Assembly (NCBI RefSeq): GCF_006345805.1
Contig: NW_021834094.1
Coordinates: 1 to 27,053, forward strand
Direction: 5' to 3'
Origin: Octopus sinensis
Lineage: Eukaryota
DNA: 27,053 nt
The stretch's first letter is position 1, and each line of letters starts with the position of its first letter. A model generated the notes under the pieces. It searched no databases. It was not told the origin of the DNA and saw nothing but the letters and a program-made list of their open reading frames with translations. Of this stretch, positions 1 through 9,666 are shown piece after piece. The position numbers and the translations under genes were made by a program.

Positions 1-452
1 GAAGCGGAAGAGTATGCGTTCCAGTTTGGTGATGGTAGGGTCGGGACAAGGCACGACGGTCAGACGATACTCGATGACGGATGCGATGTACGCGTTCGCC
101 ACCTCCGCCGACCTTTTAGGGATAGCTTTCTCTCAGTCCATTTCTGGGTGAGAGAAGCCACCCTAGTCGTTATCTCGCCCCAGTTCTTCTCCATTTGGAG
201 GTCCGGACCGAACCAGACCCCGAGCAATTAACCGGTCCGTCGTCCAGCGTCCCACGATGGAGACGCTGTTGGACGGCATGGGCTTGCTTCTCCAGGTGCC
301 GAGCCGCAAGCCCACATGACTTTCCCGGTTAATTTTGCTCCCGTTACCGCTTCGTATTCTTTAGTGTCTCGCCGACCAGCTCGATGTGCTCGTAGCTCGA
401 CACTATGACGGTGACGTCATCCGCGTATGCAGACACGCTCCTCCCGCATCCC
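1..452 (-). mobile_element. Decayed non-LTR retrotransposon reverse transcriptase fragment, Tx1/L1-like clade (frameshifted, runs off the window edge)
   Basis: Minus-strand translation across frameshifts gives [11 protein letters not shown]..., YEAVTGAKINRE, LGVWFGPDLQMEKNWGEI...KWTERKLSLKGR/EVANAYIASVIEYRLTVVPCP. This is the YADD catalytic motif followed by the GAKIN, LGV and W..LSLxGR motifs typical of L1/Tx1 RTs. Confidence 0.85.
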
Positions 453-526
453 AGATAGATAGATGGATAGATAGACAGATAGATAGATAGACAGACAGAT
501 AGATAGATAGATGATAGATAGAAGAC

Positions 527-561
<35 letters not shown>

Positions 562-578
562 CAGATAGATAGATAGAC

Positions 579-633
<55 letters not shown>

Positions 634-710
634 AGATAGATAGATAGATAGATAGATAGACAGATAGATAGTAGATAGATAATAGATAGATGATAGATAG
701 ATAGATAGAC

Positions 711-790
<80 letters not shown>
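453..790. repeat. (GATA)n tetranucleotide microsatellite with GACA variants
   Basis: Directly visible AGAT run of about 340 bp. Confidence 0.99.
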
Positions 791-791
791 C

Positions 792-847
792 GATTTCTTT
801 ATTACCCACAAGGGGACAACACGGACAAACGAACGGATTAAGTAGAA
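792..847 (-). mobile_element. 3' tail remnant of SINE family C
   Basis: 'atttctttattacccacaagggg...acggattaagtaga' matches the tail of the copy at 13388 ('tatttctttattacccacgagggg...gtattaagtaga'). Confidence 0.6.
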
Positions 848-849
848 TT

Positions 850-1770
850 CAAAAAAATCTAGGTATTACTCTATCAATTCACATACGGTTAGGATCGGTT
901 TTTCAAACACAAAAAATCTTTACAAATTATCTCTTCACATAATAACAAAATTGTTAAATATTAATACATTTACTAATACTAACATTAATTAGCTAGTACC
1001 ATCCAGCCTCTAGAAATATTAATAACAAGGTATTGTATCTGAAGTCAATTCCAATAGAATAAGGTTATGTCAAGTAACTCTAAGATTAAAAATTCTATAT
1101 ACCAGTGTATAATCAGTACTCGTAATAGAGTACGATTTTACATTGAAAGCACATCGTTAGAGTTATCTAAAAGAATTTCTATCCATTGCTCAACATTTAG
1201 GGATAGAATAAACGTAATAGTACCGTCTCAGCAAACTAATTGGGATATAAAGACCACAATCAACAATTCATTTAGAATTGGTTGATTCTCTCAATCTCGA
1301 TACCTTATGACAAAGCAAGGAATTCTGTCTTGCAATTCTGAGCTATTTTCATTATTTTTTCTAAAAATCCCCTAGTAAAACACGGTTATAGAGCGCGATA
1401 CAGATTGTAAATATTGGCAAAAAACACACCTTTAGTGCATATAAGTAGTCTCATCATCATATATAATTTAAACTTTAATTTCCTTTATATTAACATTCAC
1501 TATTAATATCCCACTCTTTCTGTAAGCTACTTATGACGTTATATATATAACGTTTTTTTAAACAATATTAATAGCGTTCAGTAAGCGGTGTACAAATCCA
1601 TCATTTTTTGCTAAAATGTCTTATTGACGAGTTTCGTTTTTTCATTTTCCTGAAGAGAAGATTGCAGTGTTTATAGCATTTATCTTTGAATAGTATTCAG
1701 TGGAATTTTCGAAACATGTATCGAAAGTAAAATATTTCATTTACACCTGCGTTAAACTCCATTTACTTAT
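850..1770 (+). mobile_element. Decayed Penelope-like element (PLE): linker, GIY-YIG endonuclease remnant and 3' region with hammerhead motif
   Basis: Frameshifted translation gives NSHTVRIGFSNTKNL/IISSHNNKIVK (linker), then KNSIYQCIISTRNRVRFYIESTSLELSKRISIH (IY...YI(G)xT...KR..H GIY-YIG pattern), then KRNST/LSKLIWDIK/WLILSISIPYDK, with a stop at about 1448. A hammerhead-like motif follows on the same strand at 1644-1728. Confidence 0.8.
1644..1728 (+). ncRNA. Penelope-type minimal hammerhead ribozyme motif with long stem II (possibly decayed)
   Basis: CTGAAGA at 1650-1656; stem II gaagatt (1657-1663) pairs with aattttc (1704-1710); GAAA at 1711-1714 followed by palindromic ACATGT. Stem I could be attttc (1644-1649) with gaaagt (1723-1728), but the cleavage register is ambiguous. 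Confidence 0.55.
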
Positions 1771-1771
1771 T

Positions 1772-1807
1772 CATATAGATATACATATACATATATTATA
1801 TATATAT

Positions 1808-1856
<49 letters not shown>

Positions 1857-2062
1857 TAATACATAATATATATATATATATATACATATATCTATATATA
1901 TTATATATCTATATATATATACATCTATATAAATACATATATATATATAATATAATATATATATATATACATCTATATAAATACATATATATGTATACAT
2001 AATATATACATATATATACATATAGATGTATATTTTTGTATATATATAGACGCATACATACA

Positions 2063-2094
<32 letters not shown>

Positions 2095-2100
2095 CACATA
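1772..2100. repeat. (TA)n / (CATA)n compound microsatellite
   Basis: Directly visible. Confidence 0.97.
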
Positions 2101-2500
2101 AGAAAGTCAGTAGGTAAGAGAGATGAATATATATATTTAACCACTTCATATCCATAGGATCACGTCTTAATTTATATCAAACAAAATATATTATTTATAT
2201 TTATACCCTAATGACCATACCAAGATAATTTTATCCACTCTCGGTCTTCCAAACATTCTATATATAACGGAAAATTTTATATGTACACACAGAGTAGAAG
2301 CATTGGTATGGCGATAATGCTCAGGTGATCAGAAGAGCAAGCCTTCTATATCTGCATTGATTTGTATATGTACAATTGTATGCATAGAATGCATATTGTT
2401 GCAGACATGTAAGATAATTTATTATACTCTGAAACGGGTGTAATCCTACAGATATCACATGGTTAAATATATTTATCTCTCATACCTTCTGAAATTTATG
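2097..2500. repeat. Diverged ~65-70 bp inverted repeat (2097-2166 / 2436-2500), probable retroelement terminus remnant
   Basis: The reverse complement of 'cataagaaagtcagtaggtaagagagatgaatatatatatttaaccacttcatatccataggatcac' aligns with 'gtaatcctacagatatcacatggttaaatatatttatctctcataccttctgaaatttatg'. Confidence 0.6.
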
Positions 2501-2690
2501 CTTCATATACTCCCCATGAAATAATTTCATTGATTGGATTTCCTGGATGTCATCTACATAGAATCAGCATCATACTTCTCCGTACTAGATTATTATGTGG
2601 TATGCTAGCCGCGTCCACTAGAAGAGCTTTCTCTATGGTCACGGGATTCTAAGAATCCATATATTGCTCTACAAATATAGCTATACTACT

Positions 2691-2999
2691 GACATCTTGT
2701 CGGTTATGACGACGAGGGTTCCATTTGATAGGATCAACAGAGCAGCCTGCTCGTGAAATTAACGCGCAAGTGGCTCAGCACTTCACGTGTGCCCTTAACG
2801 CAGTTCTCAAGGAGATTCAGCGCGACACAGAGTGTAACAACGCTGGCCCTTTGAAATATGGATGCAACTCATTTTTGCCAGCTGAGTGGACTGGAGCAAC
2901 GTGAAATAAAGTGTCTTGCTCAAGGACACAACGCGTCACCGGGAATTGAACTCATGATCATGAGCTAAACACCCTAACCACTAAGCCATATGCTTTCAC
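2691..2999 (-). mobile_element. tRNA-derived SINE, family A
   Basis: Minus-strand head gtgaaagcatatggcttagtggttagggtg (A box) and gagttcaattcc (B box); body ccttgagcaagacacttt...ccactcagctggcaaaaatgagt; tail ...cctcgtcgtcataaccgac. Colinear with the copies at 6021 and 20436. Confidence 0.9.
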
Positions 3000-3127
3000 A
3001 CACACACACATATATATATACACACACACACACATATATATATACACACACACACACATATATATATATACACACAAATACACACACACATATATATACA
3101 TATATATATACATATATACATATATAC

Positions 3128-3164
<37 letters not shown>

Positions 3165-3333
3165 CATATAAATATACATATATATATACATATATATATA
3201 TATATAGATATATATATATATACATATATATCTATATATATATATACATATATATACATATATACATATATATACATATACATACATATATACACATATA
3301 CACACACGCGCGCGCACGCGCGCACACACACAT

Positions 3334-3387
<54 letters not shown>
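2998..3387. repeat. (CA)n/(TA)n compound microsatellite
   Basis: Directly visible. Confidence 0.97.
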
Positions 3388-3388
<1 letters not shown>

Positions 3389-4220
3389 AACTCCTGTATC
3401 CTTCTACAAGTCGCTCTTTAGCACCCCGGCACAGTATCAGGTTACAAAGTTGTTTAGCGTTAATTTCACAAAACACACACACACGCCTGTTTTGAAAGAT
3501 GTTTATAACAACTCGCGACTGCTACTATTTTTACTCGATTCTCATGTAATTTAATCGAAGGTAAGAATAAAAAAATATAAACTCTATCTAATACCTGTTT
3601 ATCATCAACCAACTGCTAAAAATATCATTAAGAAACGAGAAACGAGAATGTTTATGATAGCATCTCGTTTTCATTACGTACGCCAAACTACAGTTTGGAT
3701 TCTGGCCGTAAAAGATTATGTCACCTTTAGAATTATTTTAGAGGTATGGCTGTAGAGGTAAAGTGTCACGAACTAGCATTCGCGACCTGGTTTGAAGCCC
3801 CTCATCATAATTAAATTGATCTAATTTGTATAATTGATACGCTTGAGAAAAGCATGGATGATGTACGCACAAAATTCTAAATGAGTTGAAATTTGCTTCT
3901 TCTTTGAAGAAATGTAACATAACCTTGTGAGAGTTCACAGTAACTTTCAAAGAAAACGGAAGGTAATTTTAAGAAATTAAGACTCAGTTTCACAGAAAAC
4001 TGAACGCTGATGCAAAGGAAGGGAATTTGATCTTTGTTAGGAGGTAAACTGTCAGATATCGATATGTTTCGGTTTTATTAAATCTTATCAGTGAACTATA
4101 CAATTTTCCAATAGGTAGAAAGCTTGTGAAGAAGAATATGCTCCGAAGAATTTTGGTCAGTATAATTTGCACGACAACGTGAGCCAAGCGAAAGTTAAGA
4201 GACAAATATTAACTATTTTA

Positions 4221-4468
4221 TTTACACTTGACGGATATTTGTCCTCATCTTGTTTGTTGTTAACACAACGTTTCGGCTGATATACCCTCCAGCCTTCATC
4301 AGGTGCCTTGGGGAAATTTCAAACGTATTTTTCGATGTTATTGTTGTTGTTGTTGTTGTTGTTATTATTATTATTATTAGTATCATTATTATTATTATTA
4401 TTCAGGTCACTGCCTGGAATCGAACTCGGAATCTTGGGGTTAGTAGCCCCCGCTCTTAACCACAACGC
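4221..4468 (-). mobile_element. tRNA-headed SINE with internal (AAT)/(AAC) microsatellite and hammerhead-ribozyme 3' tail, flanked by a TSD
   Basis: Minus strand reads A box tggcgttgtgg, anticodon-like arm gggg-ctactaa-cccc, B box gagttcgattcc, (aat)n(aac)n, then the hammerhead. The flanks caaatattaactatttta (4203-4220) and caaatattatctatttta (4469-4486) are 17/18 identical. Confidence 0.85.
4262..4307 (-). ncRNA. Minimal type I hammerhead ribozyme motif (Penelope type)
   Basis: RNA: ggcac-CUGAUGA-a-ggcug(gaggguauau)cagcc-GAAA-CG-UU/guguu. The core is intact, stem II is a perfect 5 bp, stem I is 5 bp (ggcac:guguu, two G-U pairs), and a palindromic AACGUU replaces stem III. Confidence 0.8.
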
Positions 4469-4600
4469 CAAATATTATCTATTTTAGAAGTTTTTGCTTC
4501 TGTCGTTCTTTTCATCATCACTCAGCTTAATTATCTAAATTCATTCCGTTGAGCTACTTGAGTTATTTCCCTTAGCTAAATTTTTATTAATTTTTTTTCT

Positions 4601-5139
4601 ACATATATCTGGAGCCGTATTCAGGAATAACGGGAAGCAGGAGGCTGAATTGGTTGTCAGAATTGCATTCGATCCTTAAAAAGGAGAAACTGGTTTAAAA
4701 AATGGAAAATTACTATGGTCATGAATGCTAGGTAACAATCAAAAGAGTCCAATTACAATTACAAGCGGCCAAAATGCGGTTCCTCCGAAAGATCTCAGGA
4801 GTAACGTTACTCAACAGAGTAAGAAGCTTGTACATCAGGGTGTCTCTCCATCCGCTACTTCTCTGTAATGAGGGATCACATCTCTAGTACTACGGAGATG
4901 TGGTAAGAATACCGCTGGAATGAATCGTAAGACAAATTCTTCGAGCGAAGCCAACCGGCAAGAGACCTAGGAGTAGACGTAGGATGAAATGGTTGGATAA
5001 TTTCTATTGTCAAAGTTGCTTACACTTGGGAAATCAACAGGAAAATTGCTTCTGGGTGGACCTTATAAATAAGGCACTTGGGGATTATACTCCCACGACT
5101 CTTCCAAGTGTAGTGATCGGAGAAGATGGCTGGATGGAT
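4601..5139 (+). mobile_element. Decayed RTE-clade LINE 3' fragment (Expander/Rex3-like)
   Basis: 4611ff reads GAVFRNNGKQEAELVVRIA. 4711-5001 reads YYGHEC*VTIKRVQLQLQAAKMRFLRKISGVTLLNRVRS...GKRPRSRRRMKWLDN with in-frame stops, which fits the RTE C-terminal YG.E.W / QAAEMxFLR / GKRPRGRP..RW pattern. It ends in a gatggctggatggat tail. Confidence 0.85.
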
Positions 5140-5761
5140 TCATATATAATGCACAACGATATTACATCTTTTAGTTCTTCTGCAACAGGAGTTTTGATCA
5201 TTTTTCCCACTTTCTAGAATTGTCAGGTTACGTTTTTCACTAGTGCAAAAAAAAAAAAAAAAATTGCTGAAGATAGTTTTTTGGTAGAATTTGATAATTT
5301 GTGAAACGTGAAACTAGCTATGCAGCTAAATGTAAAATTACAGACTAATGTAATTTGCCGTAACGCAATGAGCGTTACTCTCTCAAGTACTTGACTACAA
5401 GGAAAATAGTTCGTAAAGCGGGGTGAATGTGAGATGCAACAAGTAGGTATGTGATAGTGACCATCTGGTTGGAGAATACGGAATGAGAAGTACGTGTTCT
5501 GGTTTAGAAACAAACCGTTTGAGTGTGTGTATGTATCCAATTACAATAAAAGAACCTAATTATTTTTTTAAATACCGACTTTCAATGAAGAATGAATGAA
5601 ACATACATTTGTTTTTTTGGGGGGGGGGGTCGTGTGACCTTCGACGTGGTTAAACAATCCATCCCAGAAGCTGAGATTCACAGTTGAATGCAAAAAGTGG
5701 CTCGCAAGACCTCTGTTCCAAGACCTCTGTTCGCAAGACCATCTCTCCCTCCTTTTTTCTT

Positions 5762-5947
5762 TCTTTTGTTTGTTTCAGTCGTTTGATTGCGGTCATGCTG
5801 GAGCACCGCCTTTAGTCGAACGAATCGCCCCCAGGATTTATTCTTTGTAAGCCTAGTACTTATTCTATCGGTCACTTTTGTCGATCCGCTAAGTTACGGG
5901 GACGTAAACACACCAAGCGATGGTGGGGAAACAAACACAGACACACA

Positions 5948-6006
<59 letters not shown>
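5762..6006 (-). mobile_element. SINE family D, 3' half only (ends in its internal microsatellite)
   Basis: 'ttgtttcagtcgtttgattgcggtcatgctggagcaccgcc...ccgctaagttacggggacgtaaacacaccaagc...acaaacacagacacacaaac' is colinear with the copies at 11077 and 13777; the tRNA head is missing. Confidence 0.88.
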
Positions 6007-6008
<2 letters not shown>

Positions 6009-6020
6009 ATTAAAATAACT

Positions 6021-6343
6021 GACACTCTACTGGTTACGACAACGAGAGTTCCAGTTGATCCGATCAAGGGAACAGCCTGGTCGTGAAATGAACGTGCAAG
6101 TGGCTGAGAACTCCACAGTCTCGCATGACCTTAACGTACTTTTCAGGGAGATTCAACGTGACACAAAGTGTGTCAAGGCTGACCCTTTGGAATACAGATA
6201 CTACTCATATTTGCCAGCTAAGTGGACTGGAGCAACTTGAAATAAAGTATCTTGCTCAAGGACATAACGCGCCGGTGGGATCGAACTTACGACCTTACGA
6301 TCGTTAGTCGAACACCCCTAACCACTTAGCCATATGCCTTCAC
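6021..6343 (-). mobile_element. tRNA-derived SINE, family A (full length)
   Basis: Colinear with the 2691 and 20436 copies; head gtgaaggcatatggctaagtggttagggg with B box gttcgatcc. Confidence 0.9.
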
Positions 6344-6379
6344 TAAGTTTCACTATAACGATAGTGTAATCCACAAGAT

Positions 6380-6639
6380 GTGGAGGCGCTTGGCTTAGGG
6401 GTTAGGGTGTTGAACTCATGATCGTAAGGTTGTGGTTTCAATTCCTGGACTGGGCGATATGTTGTGTTCTTGAGCAAAACACTTCATTTTCACTTTGCTC
6501 CAGTCCACTCAGCTGGCATAAATGAGTAATCCTGCGACGGACCGGCGTCCAGTCCAGGTGGGGAATTTCTACGCCACCGAAACCGGGAAACCGGCCCTTA
6601 TGAGCCTGGCATGGCTCCAGAAGGAACATTTTTTTTTTT
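6380..6639 (+). mobile_element. tRNA-derived SINE, family B (family A head/body with a different tail)
   Basis: Head gtggaggcgcttggcttaggggttagggtg, body cttgagcaaaacactt...cagctggcataaatgagt, then a distinct tail aatcctgcgacggaccggcgtcc...cccttatgagcc...aaggaac followed by poly-T. Confidence 0.85.
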
Positions 6640-6990
6640 AATCCACAGGATATTATCTTTATTCGAACGCAATGATTTATCGCTGTTTTTTCGATGTTTA
6701 CACCTTTCAATAAAACACAACAGCGACACACACACACACACAAGAAGGGAGTGAGTGTGAGAGAGGGGGTGAAAAAGAGAAGGAAATTTAGAGACAGACT
6801 CCGTGTGTTTATCTATGTGAAAAGACATATTCTGTTTCCATACTTCCAGCAGATTCGAGAATTTGTTCTTGCACATGTGTCTAACGGTTGCACACACAGA
6901 CACACACACACATTACTGCCCCTCCCTCCTCACTCACACATACACAGCAAACAAACACATAGGTACATACACGCTCGCAAATATTTCTAC

Positions 6991-6997
6991 CATATAT

Positions 6998-7043
<46 letters not shown>

Positions 7044-7270
7044 ATATATATATTCACAAGTAACATGTTTATATTCATACTTAATATATATATATATATA
7101 TATATTATTTATACACACATAATATTGATTTCCCTATATATAGATACACAAATATTTCTGATTATTATATATGATGTGTGTGCGTGTGTGTGTGTGTGTA
7201 TGCGTGTGTGTGTATGCGTGTGTGTGCGTATATGTTGGTGTGAGTGTTTATGTGTGTGCTTGTGTGTCTA
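6991..7270. repeat. (TA)n and (TG)n microsatellite cluster
   Basis: Directly visible. Confidence 0.9.
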
Positions 7271-7761
7271 CGAGCATTGTAAATTAAGCACGTGCTTGAA
7301 CGTATATTGCCAAACTTGTATCTCATGAGGTTGTTCTCTTGGTTACACCATAATAAATATTTATGTTCTTGTATGATACATATTTAACCCATTCCCTCCC
7401 GCCTACCACCACCATTACCACCAGCCTGCTTTGCCAAACGCGACTAAAGACAGAAACCGGAATGGAATTTAAAAAAGCAAGTTGTATCGCATTCATCTTG
7501 CTATAAAGATGAAATACTTATATACCGTTCAGCAACGTATCTTCTCTCGTGAGGACACCTTGAGAAATCTCTTTACTTGGAACGAAGTAAAACTATCGTA
7601 TCTTAAGCTAGATAGTCGCAGAAACCCCCTAGGGTCGTTATGATGCTAAAAAAAAGAAACACAACCGAATATGTTAGTGATCCACGTTGTAAAATCCATA
7701 AGACTAGATTTCTTTATATCTTTAGGTAAACAAAAAATTCGTACTCATTACTGTAAAATCT

Positions 7762-8233
7762 GGGGAAGTGTGTGGCTCGGTGGTTAGGGTGTTGCAGTCA
7801 TGAACGTAAAATAACCGTTTAAATTCCTGAACCGAACGATGCTACGATTTCATGAGCAAGACACTTCATTTCACGTTGATCTGTTCAACTCAACTGGCAA
7901 AAATGAGTAATCCTGCGGTGGATCGGCGTCCCGTCCAGTGGGGAAATACATACGGTAGGGATGGGGCGGAGGGGTGAAAAGTTCCTGGCTTTGGGCAAAA
8001 GAAAATACAGGAGGATCAGTTAATAATGATTTTATTCAACGTATTACCTTCTCAGATTCACACACTTATTGCAGCAGTCCAGTTTTCTAGGCCCTGTAAA
8101 AGAACTCGGAAAGTTGGGCCCCCAACCAGGTCTTTTGCGATAACTTTAAAGTCAGGAACTTTTCAGCACCCACCAGCAACACCACCTCGTATGCCACAAA
8201 TCCAAGAAGCCAGCCTTATGAGCCAATGACTCG
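7762..8233 (+). mobile_element. Diverged SINE family B copy interrupted by a MITE
   Basis: 7762-7952 matches the 6380 copy through 'aatgagtaatcctgcggtggatcggcgtcccgtccagtggggaa'. The tail resumes at 8192 with 'tgccac...agccagccttatgagcc'. Confidence 0.75.
7953..8189. mobile_element. Tc1/mariner-type MITE with TA target duplication
   Basis: TIR cores tgaaaagttcctggcttt (7975-7992) and aaagtcaggaacttttca (8148-8165) are 17/18 inverted. The ends read TA-cg...cg-TA (TA at 7951-7952 and 8190-8191), and the host SINE is colinear across the insertion. Confidence 0.8.
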
Positions 8234-8234
8234 G

Positions 8235-8267
8235 GATGATGATGATAATGATGAAGACAATGAAGAC

Positions 8268-8321
<54 letters not shown>

Positions 8322-8342
8322 AACGACGACGACGACGATGGC

Positions 8343-8375
<33 letters not shown>

Positions 8376-8406
8376 ATTAATGATGATGATGAGGATGAAG
8401 ATGATT
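8235..8406. repeat. (GAT)n/(GAC)n trinucleotide microsatellite
   Basis: Directly visible; source of the poly-D/poly-M/poly-I ORFs. Confidence 0.97.
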
Positions 8407-8960
8407 TTAGTACATGCTTTGAGAAACATCTTCCGAGTCGCTCGACCTGCTAGAATTAACAGCTTAATTCTTATTCAAGTTACACTTGAATAAATAAAAA
8501 ATAAAAAATGAAAAGAAAACAAAAGCAGAAGGAGCAACGCTTCCATTACTTACAATAACGACCCATACAATGTACCCTTGGGTATCTATTTAAAGCTAAA
8601 TGAACTTGGCCGCTGTAAGATAAATTTACTTGGCCATTTCTGTAAAATAGCAAGCAGTGTCGACTCGTGATGTAGTAGTAGTAGCATTATTAGTATTAGT
8701 ATTAGTAGTAGTAGTAGTAGTTGTTGTTGTTGTAGTAACTATGTAGTAATTGTTGTCGTAACCGTTCAAGCCCCTTACTGTTCTAAATTGAAACCGAAAC
8801 CTTTACACTTAGCGAACCATGTGGAAAGGCATGAATATCATCCAAACCGAATGCCATCCATTACCTTAAGGAATTTATATTACTGCGTCCAGGTAAGAAA
8901 CTAAATATCAAAGTATGTAATAGATACATACATACATATACATACATACATACATATATA

Positions 8961-9125
8961 TTTTTTTCTCTCTTTTTTTCTCTCCTTATTTTTTCTGTGT
9001 ATCTTTCTGTAGAAGAGCATAGGCTCGAAACGTAAAAGACTTTTTCTATTCCTGAGCGTTATACTAATACATCTGTTTGTTTTGTACACCATCTGTCTTC
9101 TTTTGTTTTTTTCGCAAACTCTCCC
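8961..9125 (+). mobile_element. Short dispersed repeat family E containing a hammerhead-like motif (copy 1)
   Basis: About 125 bp near-identical to 24612-24738 ('tttctgtagaagagc.taggctcgaaacgtaaaagactttttctattcctgagcgttatactaatacatctgtttgttttgtacacca'). Confidence 0.85.
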
Positions 9126-9135
9126 TATATATATA

Positions 9136-9368
9136 TAGGTTTGGCCAAATGTCACCTAACAGTAAATCAAAATTCCATAAATGCTATCTGTAATTCTGTA
9201 TTGACTCAAATGGAAAAATGGTGCCGCTCAAGAAGGACTTCAGTTTGAACAATTTTCATGATGTTTCATGTTTAGATGCTTGTATTAGATTCATTCAGTT
9301 GCTAAGCATATATAAATCTTGGATTAAATGGTTCTGATTTACTGTCAGGTGACTTTTAGCCAACCCTG
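9136..9368. mobile_element. Tc1/mariner-type MITE inserted in (TA)n
   Basis: 37-bp TIRs: taggtttggccaaatgtcacctaacagtaaatcaaaa versus reverse complement cagggttggctaaaagtcacctgacagtaaatcagaa (31/37); TA runs on both flanks. Confidence 0.8.
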
Positions 9369-9373
9369 TATAT

Positions 9374-9424
<51 letters not shown>

Positions 9425-9430
9425 TATATA

Positions 9431-9575
9431 TTCCCTGTCCATGAAGGGTTTGTCTTTATGAGGCTCGGGGCCTCTTAAGAACCAACAAGAGAGGATTTCC
9501 TCCATTTTCTTAAGAGGCCTAGGGCCAAAAAGTTTCGGGATCTGACGATACCCTATAAACCCTTATGGACAAGAA
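9431..9575. mobile_element. Small foldback/MITE-like element with nested inverted repeats
   Basis: Outer IR tgtccatgaagggttt / aaacccttatggaca; inner perfect 13-bp IR ggcctcttaagaa (9469-9481) / ttcttaagaggcc (9507-9519). Confidence 0.55.
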
Positions 9576-9666
9576 TCTGAAGGTAATCCCATAAGCCGGC
9601 CTTCCCCATTTTCAATATATACTGCTCCATATCTTAGAGCGTGCTTCTTCTTTCGGATTTATGTTT

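Noticed and set aside
344-811. 155-aa ORF joining YLSI repeats to YADD
   Set aside because: Chance read-through from the (TATC)n tract into a dead RT fragment.
4061-4091. CTGATAA...CGAAACATATC on the minus strand, hammerhead-like
   Set aside because: Core G8 is missing, stem II is weak and there is no stem I pairing; too degenerate to support.
3738-4205. Short non-repetitive ORFs (70-71 aa) as possible exons
   Set aside because: No recognisable domain or convincing splice context. Small exons of a host gene cannot be excluded without RNA data.
4400-4470. Genuine tRNA gene (also considered for the other SINE heads)
   Set aside because: No complete acceptor stem, and each head is fused to a repeat body; these are SINE heads.
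5703-5740. Short tandem duplication caagacctctgttc x2.5
   Set aside because: Ordinary local slippage duplication with no further structure.
8163-8493. Poly-Asp / poly-Met / poly-Ile ORFs resembling acidic biomineral proteins
   Set aside because: They arise from a (GAT)n tract at the end of a SINE, with no signal peptide or exon context.
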